A DNA stretch of 24,000 nt from Candidatus Methylacidithermus pantelleriae (GCF_905250085.1 NZ_CAJNOB010000056.1:39035-63034); one strand, 5' to 3'; shown: positions 7,553 to 15,962, counted from the first letter of the stretch. The notes: generated by a model not told the origin, from the letters alone. Program-made: numbers and translations.

Positions 7553-9589
7553 TTACTGAAGGTTCATCCCTTTGCGCTTGAGGTGACGCAAGATAGTTTC
7601 GACGAGCTCGTTTACTGTGGTCCGGGTCGTATCTAGGATAACGGCATCGTGAGCAGGTTTCAGCGGTGCAAGTTTGCGCTCCCGGTCCTTCTGGTCACGT
7701 TCTAAAAGCAGATCCGTTTCACCCTGTTGTCGGCGTCGTTCTTGACGAACCAAAGGATCTGCGTCGAGGAAGAATTTGTAGGGCGTTTTCGGAAAAACCA
7801 CCGTTCCAATGTCTCGCCCTTCCATGACCAAGGGGGCCTGGCGCGCAAGTTTTCGCTGGAGAGGCAAAAGGTACCGTCGAACGGCGGGGATGCTGGCTAC
7901 CAAAGATACGTTGGCATTGACTTCAGGATCGCGCAGGTAGGGCGAAGGGTCTTCGTCTCCTACGCGAATCTTAAGCTGGTGATTTTCAATCCAGCAATCC
8001 ATGGGGATTTTTCCAACGGCTCGCGCCACACGAAAACGATTGCTTATATCCACACCCATTTGGAGCAGTTTCCATGTCATGGCTCGGTAGAGAACCCCCG
8101 TACTGCAGTAGGCGAAATCAAGTCTCCGTGCTAGCTCTTGGGCGACTGTCGTTTTTCCCGATGCTGCTGTGCCGTCAATCGCCACTACGGGAAAACGCGC
8201 CTCAGCCGGGTCTTCTAGCGATTCTTTGGCCCATCGTGCCCACCGGTGACCGATTTGCCGAAAGGCTCGTTCTCCCCATCCAGGGATCTCCGATTGGGTC
8301 AAGCTCTCGAAGTCTTTCTCAAAGCCGGGATAGGAAGTAGCGATGCAGGCGGTATCCTCGATCACACTGACCCCATCGGCAGCCAGTGCCAAAATAGCAA
8401 AAGCCATTGCGATTCGATGGTCCCCGAAGCTCTGAACCGAGGCAGCGCGTAACGGATGACCTCCTTCGATAATAAGCCCGTCAGGGAGCTCCTCCACAGG
8501 CACCCCAAAGGCGCGCAGGTTATAGGCGAGGGCAGCCAAACGGTCGGACTCCTTGACGCGAAGCTCCGAAGCGTCGCGAATAATGGTTTCCCCTTGAGCC
8601 AGCGCACCGGCTACCGCTAGAATCGGCAGTTCATCGATCACCTGAGCAATCTCTTCGCCTCGGATCCGCGTTCCCCGGAGACGTTCTCCTCGGATTTCAA
8701 GGGTACCGTAGGGCTCGGTCTCACAGCTTTCAATCGTCTCTTTGACGGTGGCTCCCATGCGTAAAAGGATTTTCAGGAGACCCGTGCGAGAAGGATTCAG
8801 TCCCACCCCTTGCACAAAAAGCTCGCTTCCCGGGAAAGCTGCGGCCGCCACAATCCAGAAGGCGGCAGAGGAAAAATCCCCCGGGATAAAAAGGTCGTGG
8901 CCATGCAAGCGTACGCCTCCGTGAACTACAAGCTGACCATTGTCGAAAATGGGCCACAGGCCGAAATGACGAAGCAACCGCTCGGTGTGGTCTCGCGTGG
9001 GAATGGGCTCCTGGAGCCGGGTGACTCCGGAAGCAAAAAGCCCTGCCAGGAGAAGGCACGATTTGACCTGAGCGCTTGGCAGGGGTAACCGGTAATCAAT
9101 TCCATGAAGCTGAGATCCGTGAATCTCAAGCGGAGGAAGTTCTCCCGGTCCTTTGGCGTCGATCCGAGCCCCCATCTGGCGCAGCGGGACCAAAATTCGC
9201 GCCATGGGTCGCCGGGACAGGGAGGCGTCTCCGATAAGACAGGAAGAAAAAGGCTGGCCTGCAAGGATTCCGGCTATCAGCCGCATGAGCGTTCCGGAAT
9301 TTCCACAATCGATGGGCTCGGCAGGAGCCAGGAGTTTGCGATCTCGACCTTTGACCCGGACGGTCGTTGCATTAAGAAACTCGATTTCAGCACCCAGTGC
9401 CTGACAGGCGCGGATGGTTGCCAGGCAATCTTCCCCAGTTAAAACTCCGGAGAGGCGGCTTTCCCCTTCTGCGAGAGTCGCCAGAAGAAGAGCCCGGTGG
9501 GTGATACTTTTGTCTCCTGGGACGGTGACCGTGCCGCGGATTCGCCGGCTAGGAAAAATGCGGAGAGAACGGGAAGAGGTGTCTGGCAC
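7553..9589 (-). CDS. aroA: Bifunctional 3-phosphoshikimate 1-carboxyvinyltransferase (EPSP synthase) / cytidylate kinase fusion
   Basis: The N-terminal ~435 aa carry AroA motifs (VPGDKSITHRALLLATLAEG, DCGNSGTLMRL, RVKESDRL, DHRIAMAF). The last 213 aa (nt 7556-8194) are Cmk (FPVVAIDGTAASGKTTVAQELA, MEGRDIGTVVFP). It is one uninterrupted frame with a GTG start at 9589, and GGAGG lies 8 nt upstream. Confidence 0.9.
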   Translation of the reverse strand: MPDTSSRSLRIFPSRRIRGTVTVPGDKSITHRALLLATLAEGESRLSGVLTGEDCLATIRACQALGAEIEFLNATTVRVKGRDRKLLAPAEPIDCGNSGTLMRLIAGILAGQPFSSCLIGDASLSRRPMARILVPLRQMGARIDAKGPGELPPLEIHGSQLHGIDYRLPLPSAQVKSCLLLAGLFASGVTRLQEPIPTRDHTERLLRHFGLWPIFDNGQLVVHGGVRLHGHDLFIPGDFSSAAFWIVAAAAFPGSELFVQGVGLNPSRTGLLKILLRMGATVKETIESCETEPYGTLEIRGERLRGTRIRGEEIAQVIDELPILAVAGALAQGETIIRDASELRVKESDRLAALAYNLRAFGVPVEELPDGLIIEGGHPLRAASVQSFGDHRIAMAFAILALAADGVSVIEDTACIATSYPGFEKDFESLTQSEIPGWGERAFRQIGHRWARWAKESLEDPAEARFPVVAIDGTAASGKTTVAQELARRLDFAYCSTGVLYRAMTWKLLQMGVDISNRFRVARAVGKIPMDCWIENHQLKIRVGDEDPSPYLRDPEVNANVSLVASIPAVRRYLLPLQRKLARQAPLVMEGRDIGTVVFPKTPYKFFLDADPLVRQERRRQQGETDLLLERDQKDRERKLAPLKPAHDAVILDTTRTTVNELVETILRHLKRKGMNLQ

Positions 9590-10003
9590 TGGGTGATCCT
9601 CCTTTGCCTAATGGATAGATCTTAATCTCAAAGGAAGGAGTGAAGCAATGAGAGGCACAAAAAAACGGTTGTTGAGCAAGGGTGAATCCCAAAGTTCTGG
9701 GGGGCTGCTGATAGGGCGTCTGCCATTTGGACACGCTTCCGTTTGCGCCCTTCGAAGGGCAGGACAAAAGCTTTAAAGGTAAAAAAAAAGACCTTTCGCT
9801 TTCCATTTCTACCCCAAAAATCTTGCCCCACCGGTTTGCCCATTGCTCAGAGAGAAAGAAAGAGCCAAGACGTTTTTGCCGGTAAACCCAAGGGCAAGGT
9901 GGAGAGGATAGAGAGAATCGTGGAAGTTGTGCCGCCTACCGGAGAAAGGAACGTTTCCATCCCGTGTGCGATTTTGCCGCGAGGAGAGGTTCTGTCTGGG
10001 AAG

Positions 10004-10621
10004 ATGCGTCCCTTCTATGCCCTTACCTGGATCGTGACTCGCCGGATTTTGGAGGTCTTTTTTGATTTCTCTTCCCCTGGGATGGAAAAAGTGCCCCTGG
10101 AAGGGGGGCTCCTTGTTGTGGCCAATCACGCAAGTTATCTGGATCCCCCGATCGTAGGAGCGGCCCTCCCACGTGAGCTCTACTATCTGGCGCGGCGCAC
10201 ACTCTTTCGCCATCCCCTTTTTGCGCGCTTGATTCGAGCCTACCATGCGATTCCCGTGGAATTGGAACGACCCGATCCGGTAGGTTTGCGGGCGGTTCTG
10301 CGAGCCTTACGAAAAGGCAGGGCCGTCCTTCTTTTCCCGGAAGGAACTCGTACACCGGACGGACGTATGGGGGAAGCCCGGATGGGGGCGGGGTTTGTGG
10401 CGTGCCACGCGGGGGTCCCGATTCTCCCGGTGCGGATTTTTGGGACGTATGAAGTTCTCCCTCGGCACCGCAAATGGCCGAGGTTTTTTCCGATCCGCGT
10501 GGTGATTGGCTCACCGTTTCACATTCCCCAGGTCGAGGAAGAACCTCGTTCAAGAAAGCGCAAAGAGGTGTACCAGGAAGCGGCTTGGGAAATGAAGCGG
10601 AGAATCTTGGAGTTGGCCTAG
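10004..10621 (+). CDS. plsC: 1-acyl-sn-glycerol-3-phosphate acyltransferase
   Basis: Contains the H(X)4D motif NHASYLD and FPEGTRT. The ATG at 10004 follows GAGGAGAGG (9981-9989). The track ORF starts at a TTG at 9743 with an 87-aa basic extension that I consider non-coding. Confidence 0.85.
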   Translation: MRPFYALTWIVTRRILEVFFDFSSPGMEKVPLEGGLLVVANHASYLDPPIVGAALPRELYYLARRTLFRHPLFARLIRAYHAIPVELERPDPVGLRAVLRALRKGRAVLLFPEGTRTPDGRMGEARMGAGFVACHAGVPILPVRIFGTYEVLPRHRKWPRFFPIRVVIGSPFHIPQVEEEPRSRKRKEVYQEAAWEMKRRILELA

Positions 10622-10632
10622 AAGTCGGTCAC

Positions 10633-10695
10633 AAAAAAGTCACCCTCCCTGGTGGCAGGATACGACGCTTTGTCCCGCCAGGGGGGGAGGGTGAC
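10633..10695 (-). terminator. Intrinsic-terminator-like hairpin plus U-tract downstream of the 232-aa ORF, in the convergent gap with plsC
   Basis: On the plus strand, GTCACCCTCCC at 10639-10649 is the exact reverse complement of GGGAGGGTGAC at 10685-10695. Flanking TGG / CCAG can pair across a G-rich bulge. On the minus strand the hairpin is followed by TTTTTT (plus-strand AAAAAA at 10633-10638). Confidence 0.6.
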
Positions 10696-10712
10696 CCTCC
10701 GGGAAAGGGCAA

Positions 10713-11411
10713 CTAGTAAGTTCTGGCAGGGTTAAGGTAGCGTAAGAGACGCTGTACCAAAAAGCCAAGACCTAGGGAGACAAGCAGGATGAGAGCCCCG
10801 GCAAGAACCCACGCCATGGAGGACCGGCTGATACCCACAGAGAGAGGGAAGGTAAAAGTTAAGTCCCCAGGCCCTATTTCAAACGGTGCACTTAACATCT
10901 GCTGCTGGGCTTTGAGTGCAACTTCCCGGGGAATGGTCACGATGAGGGTGTAATCTCCCCGGGTGAGAGTTACCGGGAAATTCGCAATTCCTTTGGGATA
11001 CACGGTCGAGGGCACATCCAGCACGGGCTTCTGTGTTCCCGTATGAACCATCTTTACCCCAACCGGGGTCTTGCGCAGGATATCCCCCACGCTCAAAAAA
11101 TCGACCACAAGGGTGAACCGGCCGGTGTAAGGGATCTCCCGGCAATAAGCACCAAATTGAGAAAGGGAGGAAAGACCCCCTGCGGGATAAACGTCAAAGT
11201 GAACGGCGAAAGGCCCTTTTTCCTGGATGCGACAATCCGATTTCTTTTCGGAGCTCCCGTGGGCCCAGGCAGAAAGCGATCCGGAAAGAAGGACCGCGAG
11301 AAAGGACACAGAAAGGAAAAACCCGAAAAGGGGGACTCCCCGGCGCTTGTTCCCAGAGAAATTACTCTCGCTCCGCTTATCTCTCGCGGGCAGCGTGGCC
11401 ACTGTCTTCAT
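10713..11411 (-). CDS. Membrane-anchored periplasmic beta-rich protein of unknown function, co-oriented downstream of pmoB
   Basis: 232-aa ORF with an ATG start and GAGGGGG 5 nt upstream. It has an N-terminal hydrophobic signal segment ending LSAWA|HGSS and a C-terminal hydrophobic helix (WVLAGALILLVSLGLGFLV). The middle has an Ig-like beta-strand pattern that is vaguely FixH/YtkA-like. That last assignment is from memory and weak. Confidence 0.7.
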   Translation of the reverse strand: MKTVATLPARDKRSESNFSGNKRRGVPLFGFFLSVSFLAVLLSGSLSAWAHGSSEKKSDCRIQEKGPFAVHFDVYPAGGLSSLSQFGAYCREIPYTGRFTLVVDFLSVGDILRKTPVGVKMVHTGTQKPVLDVPSTVYPKGIANFPVTLTRGDYTLIVTIPREVALKAQQQMLSAPFEIGPGDLTFTFPLSVGISRSSMAWVLAGALILLVSLGLGFLVQRLLRYLNPARTY

Positions 11412-11437
11412 AGCTGCCCCCTCTTTGACTTTGCTCC

Positions 11438-11470
11438 AAAAGTGGGAGGAAGCTTGGAACTTCCTCCCAC
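11438..11470 (-). terminator. Hairpin immediately after pmoB with an 11-bp stem; possible leaky or bidirectional terminator
   Basis: GTGGGAGGAAG (11442-11452) and CTTCCTCCCAC (11460-11470) are exact complements around a 7-nt loop. On the minus strand the hairpin is followed by TTTT. On the plus strand it is followed by CTTTTTAGGTTTTTT. Confidence 0.5.
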
Positions 11471-11540
11471 CTTTTTAGGTTTTTTCCTAGTTTTGCCAAC
11501 CCAACTTTTCGGTTGTGATCAACTCCACGCCCGTTTTCCG

Positions 11541-12830
11541 TTACTGCCAGATGGGGAGGAGCATCTGATCGGCCACCGCAATGATCGTCCGGGTGCCCTC
11601 TTCATTGGTAAAGAAAAGGAGCCCTCCCAGGCGGTTGGTGGTCTCGGTGTACATAGTCAACCGCTCCGTTTCCCACACCGGGCTTTCCATCACCACGTGC
11701 AAGGTCTTGGTTTCACCCGGCTTGATTGGGTCGTTTGGCTCCACTACGAGATCTCCCCCATAGACCCCCGGAAACTCCGGTGAATTGTCGTTGGCAGGCT
11801 TTTTCTCGAAGGCGGGATTGAGGAAACGCACGTTGGCTGTGGTAAACTCCCGCAAAACCGCAGGACTATTCCCCTTATTGGTGACATCCATATCCATCGT
11901 GAGCTTCCTCCTGGGCACCTCGTACGTGGCCTTGGTGATCTTAACGTCCACCTCTGGCGGAGGTAGAGGGAGCGACGGGATCTTGAACCGCCCCGATTGC
12001 AGTGGGATCCGGATCGGGTACTGCTGGTTAGTCAGGGCCGCTGCTCCAAAACAAAGAACCGCAAGCCCAATGATAAACGCCCCAGCGAGTTGCCGGTCCC
12101 CCGGGGTGATAAGCTCTTCCGCACGTCCTTCCGCAATAAGCGCTTGACGAGGCATGATCGGCCGGGAGCACCAGATGGCTAGCCAGACAATCCCGATAAG
12201 AAACATGAGGGTCGTCCAGCCGAGCATCCGGGCCACGCCGTAGGTCTCCAGGTCAATCGTTTCCCCCGTAAGCGTCTTAACGAGGTTGGGAGGAGCTTCA
12301 TAGGGTCGTCCCCCTGGACCATCCACCTTGACGAAGCACCCAGGTCCCACCGTGGGACCTGCGACTTCAATGTTGAACATCGGGTGGATATGGTAAGCCC
12401 AGTCTGCTCCACGCCGAGCTCGCAAGACCTGTTTATACTCGTAGAGCGCGCCAATCTCGCACACGAAAGCGTTAAACACGCTCTCACCGTTAACCCAAGT
12501 CCCGGTTCGGATAAAGGTAGGACCTGGGGCAGCGACATTGAGATTGGCAATTCCCCCGAAGGTGATCTCCCGGGGCCAGATCGGCAGGATCTGAAGCTTG
12601 CCCGTAATGACAAGCTCATCACCAATCTTCAGTGGGGCCCCCGTTCCTTCCTTTGCCCACCGATCCGACCAGAACTTGGTGTCGTAGAAGACCATCGTTC
12701 TCATTCGGAGAAACGCTTCCTGGGAGCGTTCCCCGTGAGCCCAAGCACGGGGGGAGCTGGCGCCAAGGCCTAGCCCCAACGCCAGAACTCCCCACAACGC
12801 AAAGGCTCTGGCTCGATTCGACTGTTTCAT
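11541..12830 (-). CDS. pmoB: Particulate methane/ammonia monooxygenase subunit B
   Basis: Signal peptide followed by AWA|HGERSQEAFLRMRT (compare HGEKSQAAFMRMRT in Methylococcus capsulatus PmoB). Also contains DWAYHIHPMFN, the HxH motif. It is the third gene of a C-A-B operon. Length is 429 aa. Confidence 0.93.
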   Translation of the reverse strand: MKQSNRARAFALWGVLALGLGLGASSPRAWAHGERSQEAFLRMRTMVFYDTKFWSDRWAKEGTGAPLKIGDELVITGKLQILPIWPREITFGGIANLNVAAPGPTFIRTGTWVNGESVFNAFVCEIGALYEYKQVLRARRGADWAYHIHPMFNIEVAGPTVGPGCFVKVDGPGGRPYEAPPNLVKTLTGETIDLETYGVARMLGWTTLMFLIGIVWLAIWCSRPIMPRQALIAEGRAEELITPGDRQLAGAFIIGLAVLCFGAAALTNQQYPIRIPLQSGRFKIPSLPLPPPEVDVKITKATYEVPRRKLTMDMDVTNKGNSPAVLREFTTANVRFLNPAFEKKPANDNSPEFPGVYGGDLVVEPNDPIKPGETKTLHVVMESPVWETERLTMYTETTNRLGGLLFFTNEEGTRTIIAVADQMLLPIWQ

Positions 12831-12911
12831 CGCTGGCTTTTCCTTTCCTGGTTGATACTCGATTTGGCTTTCCTCTGGCTGCTACTAAAAGCTCCTGCAG
12901 AGCCTTAGCGC

Positions 12912-13643
12912 CTACATCGATCGCGTAAAGATCGGGCGAGTCAACCAGTAGCCGAAGAGCCACCAGATGAAGTACATAAGGACGCAAACGAACCCCGCAA
13001 AGAAGATGGACACAAACAAGGTACCACCCGCGAAGGCCCGCAGCGTACCCCGTTCCACCAGGCGGATGTACTCCGGCATAGAGGTTCGGATATACTCAAA
13101 GCCGATCAAATCCGCCACGGAGAGCATCTGTCCGTGCAACTCGATGGGAACATGGTAGGGACCTACCATGAACCAGTTCGAGGGAACGAACAGATAGGAG
13201 AAGGATTCCCCTCCGGCCAAGGCTGTGATCACCCAGCTATTGGTGAGTAAAAGGATGCAGTCGAGCACAATAGCGCTCGGGATGGACGTTTCCGGAAATA
13301 CCAGACTCAATGGATACCAAGTCCAGTCATAGTGGTTCCAGAATCGATCCATCCACTGGCCGAAGTGGAGAGCGACGACGGAAAGGGTGGCCCCGATCGG
13401 CAGTCGATAATTCGGCCAGAGACACGCCTGGACCGCCGCACAGAAGGTGATCGTCATGGTGGTGTTAACGATCGGCCACCAGCGCCGGTCCTTCCAGTCT
13501 ACCCAGAAGGACCAGTCCCCAGCCACCAGCATGTGATGGACGTGGAACCCGCCGGCTAAGACGAAGAAGGCGGCCGAAACGACGATCCAGTCGAACTTTC
13601 TGCTAATCGCACGGGCTTCCGCCTCAGTTGCTACCGTTGCCAT
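12912..13643 (-). CDS. pmoA: Particulate methane/ammonia monooxygenase subunit A
   Basis: GDWSFWVDWKDRRWW, YRLPIGAT and MPEYIRLVERGTLR match my recollection of M. capsulatus PmoA (GDWDFWSDWKDRRLW, YRLPWGAT, TPEYIRMVEKGTLR). AGGAGGAAG lies upstream of the ATG. Confidence 0.95.
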   Translation of the reverse strand: MATVATEAEARAISRKFDWIVVSAAFFVLAGGFHVHHMLVAGDWSFWVDWKDRRWWPIVNTTMTITFCAAVQACLWPNYRLPIGATLSVVALHFGQWMDRFWNHYDWTWYPLSLVFPETSIPSAIVLDCILLLTNSWVITALAGGESFSYLFVPSNWFMVGPYHVPIELHGQMLSVADLIGFEYIRTSMPEYIRLVERGTLRAFAGGTLFVSIFFAGFVCVLMYFIWWLFGYWLTRPIFTRSM

Positions 13644-13680
13644 AGTTACTTCCTCCTAGTTGTTTCTGCCGCTTACACGG

Positions 13681-13708
13681 GAGAGGGGAGCTTGGAAGCT
13701 CCCCTCTC
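13681..13708 (-). promoter_or_regulatory. Perfect 12-bp-stem, 4-nt-loop hairpin in the pmoC-pmoA intergenic spacer
   Basis: GAGAGGGGAGCT-TGGA-AGCTCCCCTCTC, read directly. No U-tract follows on the transcribed strand, so it is more likely an mRNA processing or stability element than a terminator. Confidence 0.5.
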
Positions 13709-13737
13709 GCAAACTCAAGCGGTGACAGGCTCCTGGA

Positions 13738-14568
13738 TTAGCTGAGCACCGCAGCCGCCTTCGTGTCCGCGTAGGGGTCTTCCATCAAAGCCGCCGCGGG
13801 CTTGCAGGGCTTGCCGAAGTAGATGTGGCCGAGGAGTTCAGCAACCCTCGGGTACGAGGCAGTGACCCAGCCAAGGAACGCGATGGCGGCCCATCCGAAG
13901 AAGACGAACCCCCAGTGTAGCGGAGCCACGAAGAGCTCTTCCATGATCCAGGCTGTGTGACCGAACTCGTTCAGACCCACATTGGGGAGAATCATGAGCG
14001 GTCCAGCCACAACGATCAGCCACGGAACACAGAAGCGGTTCACGAACTGCGGGAGCCGTGTACGCCCGTACACGAACCACGTCACGCCGAAGATGATATA
14101 CACCGGGTAGGTGAGATAAAACTCAATAATGTGGCTTGGCGTAAAGTCCGTGTCCCGGATGATGGTCATGTGCCAGTCTCCATCCTGCTCGGTGAAGTAG
14201 CTGGCACCCCAGTAGATTCCAAACGCGTACACCAGAGCCCACAGGTAGAGGTTAAAGTACCGCTTGAGCTCCAGGTCGGGTGCAAGCCGCTCCATGTGAC
14301 GATCGCGGGTGGCCCACAGCCATCCCCATGCGCCCGCCAATGTAGTGGCTTCGAGCACCCACTCAGCGTACAGCCAGTTAAGCCAGTAGCTGACATATAC
14401 CGGAGAGGTGTAGTCAGTCCCCTTCTGCAGGGCGTAGGTCCTCTCGTACCAGTTCACAAGAATGTAGAACACGGTCAGAGAGGCCATCGCCATCCATGCA
14501 GGAGCGAAGCTAAAGGCCTTCCTCTCCGGCACAGCTACTGCTACGGTTGTCGCAGTTGGTTGTGCCAT
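13738..14568 (-). CDS. pmoC: Particulate methane/ammonia monooxygenase subunit C
   Basis: WGASYFTEQDGDWHMTIIRDTDFTPSHIIEFYL, ILPNVGLNEFGHT and MEELFVAPLH are near-identical to the M. capsulatus PmoC metal-site region. AGGAGG lies 8 nt upstream of the ATG. Confidence 0.95.
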   Translation of the reverse strand: MAQPTATTVAVAVPERKAFSFAPAWMAMASLTVFYILVNWYERTYALQKGTDYTSPVYVSYWLNWLYAEWVLEATTLAGAWGWLWATRDRHMERLAPDLELKRYFNLYLWALVYAFGIYWGASYFTEQDGDWHMTIIRDTDFTPSHIIEFYLTYPVYIIFGVTWFVYGRTRLPQFVNRFCVPWLIVVAGPLMILPNVGLNEFGHTAWIMEELFVAPLHWGFVFFGWAAIAFLGWVTASYPRVAELLGHIYFGKPCKPAAALMEDPYADTKAAAVLS

Positions 14569-14700
14569 AGTCTAAGCCTCCTTTGGCTTTTGCTTGCTGC
14601 CCTTTTGTTGACCAGAAGACCCCGTCGCAAGGAGGGCAGCCAACCCCGCGACCCCGGCACATTGCTCCTGGCAATGCGCCAATCTTCTAACACTGGTAAA

Positions 14701-14729
14701 TGCCTACACCTGTGCCGAGGCGTTGTCAA
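14701..14729 (-). promoter_or_regulatory. Candidate sigma70-type promoter for pmoCAB (weak call)
   Basis: The minus strand reads TTGACA (plus 14724-14729), a 17-nt spacer, then TAGGCA (plus 14701-14706). This lies about 130 nt upstream of the pmoC ATG. The -10 element is a poor match to TATAAT. Confidence 0.25.
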
Positions 14730-14876
14730 TGGTCAAAAGCAAAAATCTTCTCTGGCGCTCTCTTATCCGGAACTCCTTGTGTTTGAAGGCACTCCTTTCG
14801 CTTTTCTTACACGGCCATGAAATTTTTTTCTCTGCTTCCCTTCTTCCCGCTCTGTGGAACCGCCGTTTTCGGAGCT

Positions 14877-15962
14877 TTATCCCCCTAGTTCGTCCAGCGC
14901 TCTATCCAGCCCCTCCAAGAGGTTCTGGATGGTTTGAGGGGTTTCGTCCCCCATGTGGGAGATCCGAAAGGTCATCCCCCGGATCTTGCCGTACCCCCCG
15001 TCAATGACACAGCCAAAGCGTTCCCGTAGGCGCGCGATCCACGCGCCCACATCAATCCCTCGAGTGTTTCGGATGCAGGTAAGGGTTACCGATTCAAAAC
15101 CACGGGCGGGAAATAACTCAAAACCTCGTGACAGCGCCCAGTGGCGCACCAGTTCCGCATTGCGCCGGTGTCGCTCGTAGCGCGCTTCCAAGCCTTCCTG
15201 AAAGATCTCGGCCAGCTTGTGCCGGAGGGCAAAGAAGTGACTGATCGAGGGGGTTGAAGGGGTCATGCTTTTCCGGTGGTTGGCCTCGAACTCAAGGAAA
15301 TCGAAGTAAAAGCCTCGAGCCGGGATGCTGCGGGCCTTTTGCAGGGCTCGTTCGGACACAGCAAAGAGGGAAATACCGGGGGGTAGCGCCAGAGCCTTTT
15401 GGGAGCCGGTCAAAAGGACATCGGCGCCCAGTTGCTCAAAGGGCGTGGGAACGGCACTAAAGGAAGAAACGCAATCGACCAGGAAACTTACCTCTGGATA
15501 GTGCTTGAGGAGTTGGGCGATTTCTTCCAACGGGTTCATGAGCCCGGTAGAAGTTTCGTTGTGAACGAGGGTAAGGGCGTCGAACCGGCCTGTTTGTAGA
15601 TAGGGTTCGATCTGTTCCGGGGTAATGGGTTTTCCCCAGGGTACCGAAAGCTTTTCGGCTTCTTTGCCGCAGCGAAGGGCTACGTCGTACCATTTATCGG
15701 AAAAAGCCCCGTTGGCGCAGCAAAGAACCCGCCGTGCCACCAGGTTGCGGATGGCTGCCTCCATGACACCCCAGGCCGAGGAGGTGGAAACAAACACCGG
15801 GCCTTGGGTCTGGAAAAGTTTTTGAAGCCCGGTTTGCACCTCGCGATAGAGGGATTGGAATTCGGGGCTTCGATGTCCGATCATGGGGGAAGCAAAGGCC
15901 TGGAGCGTCGATGGGGAGACCTCGACCGGACCTGGAATAAAAAGCTTGATGTGGTTTTTCAT
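14877..15962 (-). CDS. Class V pyridoxal-phosphate-dependent aminotransferase (alanine/serine--glyoxylate aminotransferase family)
   Basis: N-terminus MKNHIKLFIPGPVEV, and a PLP-lysine context TGSQKALALPPG. Length is 361 aa. No SD is visible upstream of the ATG. Confidence 0.85.
   Translation of the reverse strand: MKNHIKLFIPGPVEVSPSTLQAFASPMIGHRSPEFQSLYREVQTGLQKLFQTQGPVFVSTSSAWGVMEAAIRNLVARRVLCCANGAFSDKWYDVALRCGKEAEKLSVPWGKPITPEQIEPYLQTGRFDALTLVHNETSTGLMNPLEEIAQLLKHYPEVSFLVDCVSSFSAVPTPFEQLGADVLLTGSQKALALPPGISLFAVSERALQKARSIPARGFYFDFLEFEANHRKSMTPSTPSISHFFALRHKLAEIFQEGLEARYERHRRNAELVRHWALSRGFELFPARGFESVTLTCIRNTRGIDVGAWIARLRERFGCVIDGGYGKIRGMTFRISHMGDETPQTIQNLLEGLDRALDELGG

Noticed and set aside
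7476-7636. AAGGAGG immediately followed by an ATG at 7484 (MKKSMGEGLL...).
   Set aside because: The SD abuts the ATG with no spacer. The frame runs antisense into the cmk 3' end, and the peptide is not protein-like.
9743-10003. An 87-aa N-terminal extension of PlsC from a TTG start.
   Set aside because: It is basic and low in complexity and has no SD. The ATG at 10004 has an SD and gives a normal-length acyltransferase.
11043-11783. A 246-aa plus-strand ORF.
   Set aside because: It is antisense to the 232-aa ORF and the 3' end of pmoB, spans their intergenic terminator, and is low in complexity.
13957-14820. A 287-aa plus-strand ORF.
   Set aside because: It is entirely antisense to the well-supported pmoC and its upstream region. 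The sequence is His/Pro/Arg-rich and not protein-like.
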